Shown here one piece after another: positions 41,400 through 49,234 of a DNA stretch of 64,000 nucleotides. How positions within the stretch are numbered: the first letter of the stretch is position 1; each line of letters begins with the position of its first letter. A model generated the notes under the pieces. It saw only the letters and a program-made list of their open reading frames with translations. It had not been told where the DNA came from and did no database searches. The stretch covers positions 1,644-65,643 of the forward strand of contig CAMFJS010000017.1 in the NCBI GenBank assembly GCA_945956965.1, given 5' to 3'. The translations under genes and the position numbers were made by a program. Source of the DNA: an uncultured Roseateles sp. GTDB taxonomy: Bacteria; Pseudomonadota; Gammaproteobacteria; Burkholderiales; Burkholderiaceae_C.

Positions 41400-41752
41400 G
41401 CCAAAGCCTTGCGGCAACACAAGTCACGCCGCCTTCTATCGCGATGAAGCACGTTCTCCTGGCGACACTTTTGCGCGTTTTCAGCAGCACGCCGGCAATG
41501 GCATAACGCGCAATTAAGACGGGAAGACAAGGCAATCGCGGCAAGAAGGGCGCGAGGGCTTCTTGCGTGCTCGCCGAAGGGCGCCGGCGGCCGCGGGGCC
41601 AGGGTGAATCGGGCCGAGACGAGGCCATGTCTGGCCCTTTTCCGACAAAAAAGCTCGGTTTCTTATGCCAGGTCAATGCCGAGGCCCGGCCTTCGATGGT
41701 CGACTCATCACCCAGGAATTGACGCCCGTTTCCACTCAGAAAGCAGCGCCTC

Positions 41753-42511
41753 ATGAATGCTTTGATTCACTCAGAAACCACCCCGTACAGCGGCCCGCAG
41801 CTCAGCCCGGCACAGCTTCAAGCCAGGCAAGTGCGCCAGGCCTTGGAGCAGGCGTGGCCTGCGCTGCTCGATGCGCCTCAGACCCTGAACGAGCTGGCCG
41901 GCCTGGGCCGCAGCCACCGGGTGCGCGCCCGCGGTCGGGTGCTGCACGAGGGCTTTGCCAACAAAGGCAGCCTGTGGCTGCTGGTGCGCGGCAAGGTCAG
42001 CATGGGTAAGCGCTCGGAAAAGGGCAAGTGGTGGCAAAGCCACTCGCTGAGCGCTGGCCAATGGCTGGACTTATCGAGTGCCTGGAGTTGTTCGCTCTAC
42101 CCTGAGACCGCCATCGCCACCACGGCGGTGCTGGCGCATGAGTTCCCGGCCACCGAGGTGCTGCGGCTGAGTCGAGAGGAGCCGGTGCTGCTGGGCGCCT
42201 TGTTGGCCAGCCTGTCCAGGTTCAGCTGCGAAGCCATTGCGGCCCGCCAGGCGCTGACCATCAAGGATTTCCCGGTGCGCTTGGCCGAATGGCTGCTGCT
42301 GCAGTTGCAGCAGTCAGACAGCGCCGACCATTTGGTCATCAGCGAGCTCAAGCGCGACCTCGCCGCACAGCTTGGCGCCACGCCTGAAACCCTGTCACGC
42401 ACCCTGCGGCAGTTTCAGGAGAGCGGCTTGATCGAGATGCAGCACAGCGAAGTCTGGATCCCCGATGTTCAACGGCTGCGCGGTTTTTGCAAAGCCAGCG
42501 TCAGCCGCTGA
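41753..42511 (+). CDS. CRP/FNR-family regulator, third paralogue (divergent, NnrR-like)
   Basis: 252 aa. C-terminal HTH with E--SR (GATPETLSRTLRQF). The sensor domain differs from the two tandem Dnr paralogues and has no Fnr-type Cys cluster. Weak RBS. Confidence 0.8.
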   Translation: MNALIHSETTPYSGPQLSPAQLQARQVRQALEQAWPALLDAPQTLNELAGLGRSHRVRARGRVLHEGFANKGSLWLLVRGKVSMGKRSEKGKWWQSHSLSAGQWLDLSSAWSCSLYPETAIATTAVLAHEFPATEVLRLSREEPVLLGALLASLSRFSCEAIAARQALTIKDFPVRLAEWLLLQLQQSDSADHLVISELKRDLAAQLGATPETLSRTLRQFQESGLIEMQHSEVWIPDVQRLRGFCKASVSR

Positions 42512-43590
42512 GCCTCGGCCTTGCACAGCAGGGCCACGATCAGCGCAAAGCTCACAAGCGCCAGGCCATGCCCGGCGCCGGCCCAGACGAGCCAGTCGGA
42601 CCGGTGCGTGAGCACCGCAAACGTTCGCAGCAGCAAGCTCAAGGCCATCAGGCCAAGTGGCAGCAAGGCCCAAGCACTGTGGAGCGGGCGCAGGCCCAGC
42701 AGCACGGGCAACATGATGGGCACATGGGCGAAGACCATGGCGAAAACAAAGCCCAGCCACATCAGGTGCCAGGCCACGCCGCCCACCCCGCCTTGGCCGC
42801 CGAGCCCCGCCGCGCTGGCCGCCAGGAGCCATCCATAGCCCACCATCAAGCAACGCGCCGTATGGCCGGCCCAGCCACTTTGGCGCCATTGCAGGCGGGC
42901 CAGATCGAAAGCCAGCAGCCATAGGGCCAGCAGGCCGAAGAGCAGCCAGCCCAGTTGCGCACCCCAATGCGCACGGGGCCCCATCAAAAGCACGGCCGCC
43001 AGGGCCAGCAGCGCCCAGGCAAAAAGAAAGAGCTGGCTCGCCCAGGCGGGCAGCGGGCGCAAGCGCATCAACTCACGCCGTTCGCCAACAATGGTCAGCA
43101 GCAAGAACAAACTCCAGGCCCAGCGTGCTTGCTCCAGGTTGCCCAAGGCATAGGCCAGTGCCGCCCACACCAGGGCGGCGGCGCCGCTGGCTTCGACGGC
43201 CAGGGGCAAAGACAAGGCTCGCGTGCGCGCCGCCCACAGATACAGGCCACACAGGCCGATGCTGGACAAGAGCCATGCCCAGGCCGCCCAAGCCGCAAAG
43301 CCCGCCATTGCCAAGAGGCCCGCGAGACCCGACATCAGGGGCAGCCAGGTGCCACGGTGCAAGGCAAGGGCGCGCTCCAGGCTGATCAAGCTGGCGAAGA
43401 ATCCGGCCATCAGCAAGGCGCCGTGCTCTTGCAAAACCTGAGCGGCCAATGGCGCGGGCAAGACCTGCCAGCCGAAGCGGGCCAGGCCGCCGGCCAGCGC
43501 GCCCAGCAAGTTCAAGGCCGCCAGGGCTAGGCACAGGCGAGTCACGATGCGTGCCCAGTGGCTGGGCCCGGGCTTGCGGCGCGTGCTCAT
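42469..43590 (-). CDS. polytopic membrane protein of unknown family
   Basis: 373 aa from ATG 43590, which overlaps the DUF59 stop (ATGA); the track ORF extends to 43701. About 10-12 hydrophobic segments. Motifs EHGALLMAGFFASLISLERA and FAHVPIMLPVLLG. No family recognised. Confidence 0.7.
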   Translation of the reverse strand: MSTRRKPGPSHWARIVTRLCLALAALNLLGALAGGLARFGWQVLPAPLAAQVLQEHGALLMAGFFASLISLERALALHRGTWLPLMSGLAGLLAMAGFAAWAAWAWLLSSIGLCGLYLWAARTRALSLPLAVEASGAAALVWAALAYALGNLEQARWAWSLFLLLTIVGERRELMRLRPLPAWASQLFLFAWALLALAAVLLMGPRAHWGAQLGWLLFGLLALWLLAFDLARLQWRQSGWAGHTARCLMVGYGWLLAASAAGLGGQGGVGGVAWHLMWLGFVFAMVFAHVPIMLPVLLGLRPLHSAWALLPLGLMALSLLLRTFAVLTHRSDWLVWAGAGHGLALVSFALIVALLCKAEAQRLTLALQKPRSR

Positions 43591-43919
43591 GCCTGCGGCT
43601 CGGGCCAGCCGAGGCGTTGGCGCAAGGCCGGCGTCATGCGCTTGGGCGACCATATCAGGTCCCAGTCCATATCGACTTCGATACGCCAATCCGGCGGGCA
43701 TTCCGCTTCGATGGCGCAGCCGGCTTCATCCATGAGTTGGTCCGCCATCGGGCAGGTGGCACTGGTGGGAATGAGCAGCAGTTCCGCCAAGCCGGGGCTC
43801 AGAGTCAGCGACTCCAGCAGTCCAAGCGCCACGATGCTTTCACCAATCTCCGGGTCCAAGACCTTGTCCAGGGCGGCCAAGATGCGAAGACGCAATGCGT
43901 CCATGTCTGACTCATTCAT
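43587..43919 (-). CDS. DUF59 / SufT-like Fe-S assembly domain protein
   Basis: 110 aa (MNESDMDALRLRILAALDKVLDPEIGESIV...IPTSATCPMAD...), with the typical DUF59 D-P-E-hydrophobic and T-x-x-x-CP motifs. ATGA overlaps with both neighbours. The 380-aa track ORF is an artefactual extension. Confidence 0.8.
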   Translation of the reverse strand: MNESDMDALRLRILAALDKVLDPEIGESIVALGLLESLTLSPGLAELLLIPTSATCPMADQLMDEAGCAIEAECPPDWRIEVDMDWDLIWSPKRMTPALRQRLGWPEPQA

Positions 43920-45109
43920 CGATTGCTTCCCTTCTTTTGATTTGGGCTCAAGAGCCAGGGCAGATAGCGGCAGTTCCAGCTCAGCGCCAAGAGTGCAAAG
44001 CCGGCGCCAGCCAAGGCCAGCAGCAGACCGCGATGGGTGCTGAAATCGGCCGCGAGGCGGATCAGAGTCGTCGCTTGCAGAAGCGCTTGCATGGCCCAAA
44101 GCGGGCGGTCCACCGCCACGCTGCGGCCTTGCTGCACAGCGCTGACCCGGCTGACCATGGCCAGCAAGGTGCTGCCCATAAAGCCGAGGCTCATGGCGTG
44201 TTGCGGGGCAAGGCCGAGCCAGGCCGGGTGGCCGCTGGCGGCGGCGGCCAAAGCCGCGGCGTCCAAGAGAAAGCTCAGGCCCAGCCAGAGATAGCCCAAA
44301 TGCAGTTGTGCGACCAGGGGCGTACGCCGTGCGGCAGCCAGCTCCGGCGCCCAAGCATCCCGCCAGAGCCAGATCCCCAGGCCCAGCAATGCCGCGGCGC
44401 TGGTCCAGGCCACAAGCGCAGACGGTGGGTAGGCCAGCAAAGTGGCGAAATCCAGTGCAGCGCGTAAGGCCAGGCCGCTCAACAGGGCAATTAAAAGCAG
44501 AGCTTGGCGCCGCCCGTCTTGATGCAAGAAGGGCGTGAGCCGCTGCAAGGCCAGGGCAAACACGCCGGCCACGCCGAGGTTCAGCCCGGCATGAATGGCC
44601 AGGCGCAGCAGCAAGAGTTGCTCGCCGAGCAGCGCGAAGGCTGCCAGGGCTTGACACAGGGCCAGCACGAGCAGCCCCAGGGCAAGCCCCCGCGCATGGC
44701 CCGAGTGCCTGGCACCAGGGCGGCGGCAATCAGCCCAGAGGCGCCGGCTGACATCGCCCAGCACCAGGGCGGGCATCGCCGCGCCCAAGGCGGCAGTGCC
44801 CCGCCAGCCCATTGCTGCGCCAAGCAGCAGCAAGGCCCAGCCCAGGACGGCAAGCCATGCGCTACGCCAGAAGACCGCCCCCGCCGGCGGCATCGGGAGG
44901 CCCAACCAGCGCGGCACCGTGGTCAGCGCGAATCCGGCGATGAAGAGGGGCATAAAGCCCAAGCTCATGCTCCAGCCATGCAGCAGGCCGGCGGGCAGCA
45001 GCAAGCCTGCCTGGGGCGCTGTACCCAGCAATTGCCAGGCCCAAAAACCAGCAGCACCCAACCAAACCGCGGCTGCGGCGCTGAAGAAGGGGCGGTGCGC
45101 TGAGGCCAA
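43916..45109 (-). CDS. NnrS-family haem/copper membrane protein, divergent paralogue
   Basis: 397 aa. HRPFF start region, about 12 TM segments, and LHGWSMSLGFMPLFIAGFALT in place of the HxHEMxFG motif. The only possible start is TTG 45109, 14 nt after the upstream stop. Confidence 0.78.
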   Translation of the reverse strand: MASAHRPFFSAAAAVWLGAAGFWAWQLLGTAPQAGLLLPAGLLHGWSMSLGFMPLFIAGFALTTVPRWLGLPMPPAGAVFWRSAWLAVLGWALLLLGAAMGWRGTAALGAAMPALVLGDVSRRLWADCRRPGARHSGHARGLALGLLVLALCQALAAFALLGEQLLLLRLAIHAGLNLGVAGVFALALQRLTPFLHQDGRRQALLLIALLSGLALRAALDFATLLAYPPSALVAWTSAAALLGLGIWLWRDAWAPELAAARRTPLVAQLHLGYLWLGLSFLLDAAALAAAASGHPAWLGLAPQHAMSLGFMGSTLLAMVSRVSAVQQGRSVAVDRPLWAMQALLQATTLIRLAADFSTHRGLLLALAGAGFALLALSWNCRYLPWLLSPNQKKGSNR

Positions 45110-45123
45110 GATCTGCGCCAGCG

Positions 45124-46548
45124 CTAGCGGGGGACAAAGAACACGGCTTTGGCCGTGAAAGTCTTGGCGCCGCCGCCCAACTCCTGCGCCTCAATCTGAA
45201 CAGGGTGTGCCCCGGACGCCAATCCAGCGGTGGGCGGCAGGCGCAACTGCACCGGCAGGGTGCCAATGCTGGAAGGCGCCACGCTGATGCTTTCCACGCC
45301 CTGGGCCAGCAGTTGCAGCCCCGGCAGGCCATCGGCCCGCAAGCGCAGTTGCAAGGGCCGTTCGGTGCGGTTGATCAACTGCAGGCGGTAGACGTTTTCG
45401 ATCTCGCCCTCGTCAACTTGGCGCGCCATGACTTGGCGGTCTTTGATCACATTGATCAAGAGCGCTTCACGCTGATACACGCTGAAAACGAAGGCCAGAC
45501 TGAGCGCCATCAAGGCCGCGCCGTACAGCAGCACCCGCGGCCGCAGCACGCGCGCCAGCATTTGCTTGCGGCTCCATTGACCGGTGATGCCGTTCTCAGT
45601 GGCATAGCGGATCAAGCCTCGCGGCGCACCGACCTTGTCCATCACCTGGTCGCAGACATCAATGCAGGCGGCGCAGCCTATGCACTCGTTTTGCAAGCCA
45701 TTGCGGATGTCAATGCCGGTGGGGCAAACCTGCACGCACAAGGTGCAATCGATGCAGTCAGCGGCGCCGCTTGCCAGGGGCGTTATCTCTTGCTTGCGCG
45801 AGCGGGCGCCGCGCGGCTCGCCGCGCTGGGCGTCATAGCTGATGATCAAGGAGTCGGCGTCGATCAGGGCGCTTTGGAAGCGGGCATAGGGGCAGATGTA
45901 TTTACACATCTGCTCGCGCAGAAAGCCGGCGTTGCCATAGGTTGCCCCGGCATAGAACAGCACCCAGAACAATGGCCAGGCCTGTAGGCTCAGGCTCATC
46001 ACCTGGCCGGCCAGTTCGCGCACCGGAATGAAATAGGCCACAAAGCTGAATCCGGTCAGCAGCGACAGGGCGAGCCAGCCACCATGCTTGGCGCATTTGC
46101 GTCCGATCTTGGGCCAGGACCAGGGTTCGCGGTCCAGGCGCATGCGGGCTTGCCGGTCGCCTTCGGTGTGGCGCTCGATCCAGAGGAACATCTCGGTGTA
46201 GACCGTTTGCGGGCAGCTGTAGCCACACCACAGGCGACCGGCCACGGCCGTGAAGAAGAACAGGGCCAGGGCGCTGAGCACCAACAAGGCCGCCAGGTAG
46301 ATGAAGTCCTGCGGGTAGAGCAGCAGGCCCAGCACATAAAAGCGGCCGGCCTCCAGATCGAAGAGCAGGGCTTGGCGGCCGTTCCACTGCAGCCAGGGCA
46401 TGCCGTAGAAGAAGAGCTGGGTCAGCGCCACCATCAGCCAACGCCAATTGGCAAAGCGGCCGCTGACCGAGCGGGGGTAGACCTTGGTTTCAGCCGCGTA
46501 GAGTGGAATCACACGCCGCGGCAAAGCCGGGCTATCAGGCGGGATCAT
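45124..46548 (-). CDS. CcoG/FixG/RdxA-type membrane polyferredoxin
   Basis: 474 aa from ATG 46548; the track GTG 46626 gives a longer overlap with nsrR. LWCGYSCPQTVYTE, CKYICPYARFQ, CIDCTLCVQVCP and CIGCAACIDVC, plus a C-terminal Ig-like domain. Confidence 0.88.
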   Translation of the reverse strand: MIPPDSPALPRRVIPLYAAETKVYPRSVSGRFANWRWLMVALTQLFFYGMPWLQWNGRQALLFDLEAGRFYVLGLLLYPQDFIYLAALLVLSALALFFFTAVAGRLWCGYSCPQTVYTEMFLWIERHTEGDRQARMRLDREPWSWPKIGRKCAKHGGWLALSLLTGFSFVAYFIPVRELAGQVMSLSLQAWPLFWVLFYAGATYGNAGFLREQMCKYICPYARFQSALIDADSLIISYDAQRGEPRGARSRKQEITPLASGAADCIDCTLCVQVCPTGIDIRNGLQNECIGCAACIDVCDQVMDKVGAPRGLIRYATENGITGQWSRKQMLARVLRPRVLLYGAALMALSLAFVFSVYQREALLINVIKDRQVMARQVDEGEIENVYRLQLINRTERPLQLRLRADGLPGLQLLAQGVESISVAPSSIGTLPVQLRLPPTAGLASGAHPVQIEAQELGGGAKTFTAKAVFFVPR

Positions 46549-47032
46549 GGTTGCCCTTCTTGCGGCGGCTGGCTGGGGCGGGAAGGGGCATGCCGAGCTT
46601 GATTTCTCGGATGCCTGCAGCGGCACCCGGCGGCGTCGGGCTCAGGAGGTCGGCCAAGCTGTGGCGATCGAGCTGCTCCAGAAAGGCGGCCAGGGCCTCG
46701 TTGAAGATGCCTGTCAGCCGGCAGCGACCGGTGAGGTTGCAGGCATTGCCCGTGCCAAGGCATTCGACCAGATAGAAATCCGTCTCGATGGCCCGCACCA
46801 GCTCACCCAACATGATCTCGCTCGGCGCCAGGGCCAGGCGCATGCCGCCGCCCTTGCCGCGCACCGTGCTGATCCAACCACCGAGGCCAAGCTGATGGGT
46901 GATCTTGGTCAGATGCGCCTCCGAGATGTCATAGGCTTGCGCGACTTCTGCGGTGGTGCAAAGCCGTTCCGGGTGTTGGCCCAGATAGATCAGCATGCGC
47001 AGGGCGTAATCGGTCATGGTGGTCAGGCGCAT
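46535..47032 (-). CDS. nsrR: Rrf2-family NO-sensing repressor NsrR
   Basis: MRLTTMTDYALRMLIYL... wHTH. Three-Cys cluster ECLGTGNACNLTGRC. Sits between nnrS and NO-related genes. Confidence 0.85.
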   Translation of the reverse strand: MRLTTMTDYALRMLIYLGQHPERLCTTAEVAQAYDISEAHLTKITHQLGLGGWISTVRGKGGGMRLALAPSEIMLGELVRAIETDFYLVECLGTGNACNLTGRCRLTGIFNEALAAFLEQLDRHSLADLLSPTPPGAAAGIREIKLGMPLPAPASRRKKGNHDPA

Positions 47033-47135
47033 CGGGTGTTCTCCTGGTGGGTCTGATCGGTGGAAAAGTTGGAGCGTCGCAGCCTAGACGCCAAAGCCTG
47101 CAGGCGTGACTTGCATCTTGGGCTTACATCTGCGC

Positions 47136-48356
47136 TCAGCCGGGCAGGCCGTCGATGCGCGGGCGCAGCAGCATGGGCCCATAACGCCACAAATACAGAG
47201 CGAATGCCGCGGCCCAGAGTGCGGCGGAAAGCCAGACCGCCTGCAGCAGGGCGGCCGGCATCAACAGCGGGAGAAAAACACGCAGCAGGGCCGCTCCCAA
47301 CATGGCCAGGTAAGCGGCGGTCTCGATGGGCCCGGCCTTCAAGGGCCGGCCGGTGTGGCCCAGTGCGGTGCGGGTGATCATGCCCAGGGTGATCAGGCCA
47401 ATCAGGCCGACCGTGAGGGCATGGGTGGCTAGCGAGGCCGGCAGCCATTGCAGCGCCGCCGCCGCGCGCAGGGCCAAATGCAGCAGCAGCCATGCGTAGG
47501 CCGCGTGCAGCACCCAGACCAGAGGGTTGCGCAGGGTCTTCCAGGGCTGCCACAGCGCAAAGCGCCAGCCATGGGCCACGAGGCCCGCAAGCAGGGGCAG
47601 CAGCATGGCCGGCCCACTCAGGCCCACAGCATCGCCAACTGCGAGCAGCAAGACGCTGCCCAGGGCGGCGCGCTCCACCCGGTCGTCGCGCCGGGCATTC
47701 ATGCCGGGCACGCCGTTGTTCGAGAACATGGGTAACACGCGCCCGGCCATCACCGCGATGATGAAGAGCAGCAGATCCAAGGCCAAGGGCAGACCCAAAC
47801 CGCGGGCCAGCGCCGCCGGCAGGGGCAACTGCGCCAAGAGGCCCAACTCACTCAGATGCAGGGCAGCGGTGGCCAGGCCGATGGCCAGCAGCAAGCCGAC
47901 AAAGAAGTAGTTGCGCCTGTTGCCACCGGCGTGCAAAGCCCGCCAGAGCCCCCATGCTGCCAGCCACGGCACGGCCACATTGACCAGCAGCGAAGCCCAA
48001 ACCCAAGGCGAGAGCACCAGCACGCGGGCCAGCACCCAAAGGGCTGCCAAGCCCATCAGGGGCCGGCCAGTCGGTGTGGGCTGGCCCGACCAGTTGCGAC
48101 CGGCCGTAAACAGAAAGCCGATGATGATGGCCAGCGCGTAGCCGAACAGCATCTCATGAGCATGCCAGGCCGAGCCGCGCAGGCCGCCATGACCCAGCAG
48201 GCCACTGAATTGCAGCGCCCACAAAGGCACGGACAACAATGCGAGCGTGGCCGCCAGCAAATAGAAAGGGCGAAAGCCCAAGTCCCAAAGGGCCAGGCCT
48301 TCGCCTGGCCGGCGCCGCAGGGGCGGCTCTTGCAATTGCAGGAATACCTTACTCAT
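47136..48356 (-). CDS. nnrS: NnrS haem/copper membrane protein
   Basis: 406 aa and about 12 TM segments. Canonical WHAHEMLFGYALAIIIGFLFTAGRNWSG motif. Confidence 0.92.
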   Translation of the reverse strand: MSKVFLQLQEPPLRRRPGEGLALWDLGFRPFYLLAATLALLSVPLWALQFSGLLGHGGLRGSAWHAHEMLFGYALAIIIGFLFTAGRNWSGQPTPTGRPLMGLAALWVLARVLVLSPWVWASLLVNVAVPWLAAWGLWRALHAGGNRRNYFFVGLLLAIGLATAALHLSELGLLAQLPLPAALARGLGLPLALDLLLFIIAVMAGRVLPMFSNNGVPGMNARRDDRVERAALGSVLLLAVGDAVGLSGPAMLLPLLAGLVAHGWRFALWQPWKTLRNPLVWVLHAAYAWLLLHLALRAAAALQWLPASLATHALTVGLIGLITLGMITRTALGHTGRPLKAGPIETAAYLAMLGAALLRVFLPLLMPAALLQAVWLSAALWAAAFALYLWRYGPMLLRPRIDGLPG

Positions 48357-48380
48357 GGCGACCTCTGTGCTCGGCAGGGA

Positions 48381-48677
48381 TCAGTTCGCGGCGCCGCTGC
48401 AGCATCCGCAGCAACTCTTGCCGGCGGGGCGCCGGCCAATGCGCAGGCGCCATTGCTGCGGCCCGCCTTCCAGCACCTCCCAATCAAACTGGCCCGGCCA
48501 GATGGCTTGGAATTGCTGCTTCAGCGGCAGCGGCTCATGGTCGCTATGCAAGTCAAACCAGGCGCCAATAGGCAGGCTTTCAAAGTACTGAAAGATCAGG
48601 TCGTGGCGCTGAGATGGCGGGATCTGGCGTACATCGATGATGGCAGCGGCGGCAGTGGGGGTGGAGACGGAATTCAT
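48381..48677 (-). CDS. DUF2249-domain protein with Cys-rich C-terminal tail
   Basis: 98 aa from ATG 48677 with AGGGA RBS. IDVRQIPPSQRHDLIFQYFESLPIGAWFDLHSDHEPLPLKQQF...WEVLEGGPQQWRLRIGRR fits my recollection of DUF2249. The tail is KSCCGCCSG. Confidence 0.75.
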   Translation of the reverse strand: MNSVSTPTAAAAIIDVRQIPPSQRHDLIFQYFESLPIGAWFDLHSDHEPLPLKQQFQAIWPGQFDWEVLEGGPQQWRLRIGRRPAGKSCCGCCSGAAN

Positions 48678-48689
48678 GCAGATCCCTAT

Positions 48690-48712
48690 AAGTTGCATTT
48701 TGTATGCAACTA
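48690..48712. promoter_or_regulatory. NsrR operator (11-1-11 inverted repeat)
   Basis: AAGTTGCATTT-T-GTATGCAACTA. The left half matches the AAGATGCATTT NsrR half-site in 10/11 positions and the right half in 7/11. It ends 13 nt upstream of the DUF2249 ATG. Confidence 0.6.
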
Positions 48713-48787
48713 TTGTCTCGGGAATTCCCGCTAAAAGCAATATCTAAAATGAAGCTTATGGAGAGGCGCGCAAGATCCGCCTGAGTT

Positions 48788-49195
48788 TCAGCGCTGGGAC
48801 TTTTGCTTGAGATAGGCCAAAAGCTCTTTGTCCGAGCGCCGAATGTGCAGGGACAACCAATCGCGCAGCACCGCAGACAACTGGGCAGCCACTGCCAGGC
48901 TGCCGGCGTCGTAGCGCTGTTTGAGTGCATGCAACTGGGCGATGAATTTGGCGTGGCCTTGCTGGTGGCGTTCCAGGTTCGGGAAGCCTGCAGCCCGCAT
49001 CAGCTGCTCTTCACGGGACAGATGATCGGCGGTGTAGGCCAGCAACTGATCCAGGATTTGGCCGACTACTTCTTTGCCTTGCCCCTCACTGGTGGCGCTG
49101 TGCAAATCGTTGACCAACTGCACCAGGTGCAGGTGATCCTGATCGATGGGGCCGTCGTCGATCACCATATCGCTGGCCCATTTGAAATAGCTCAT
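48788..49195 (-). CDS. bacteriohemerythrin (hemerythrin-like metal-binding protein)
   Basis: 135 aa. His/Asp/Glu ligand pattern in DQDHLHLVQLVNDLH, DHLSREEQLM, HQQGHAKF and WLSLHIRRSD. AGGAG RBS. Lies 39 nt after the MCP stop. Confidence 0.88.
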   Translation of the reverse strand: MSYFKWASDMVIDDGPIDQDHLHLVQLVNDLHSATSEGQGKEVVGQILDQLLAYTADHLSREEQLMRAAGFPNLERHQQGHAKFIAQLHALKQRYDAGSLAVAAQLSAVLRDWLSLHIRRSDKELLAYLKQKSQR

Positions 49196-49234
49196 CGCTG
49201 GCTCCTGCTGTGGGGGAGGGCAGTGCGGCTGCGC

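Noticed and set aside
41471-41484. TTGCGCGTTTTCAG as an NnrR-type TTGCG-N4-CGCAA box upstream of the third regulator.
   Set aside because: The right half does not match, and the flanking C/G pattern shared by the other 12 sites is absent.
43587-44729. 380-aa track ORF on the minus strand.
   Set aside because: Only the last 110 residues (from ATG 43919) look like a protein (DUF59). The upstream part is an out-of-frame read-through of the NnrS-like gene.
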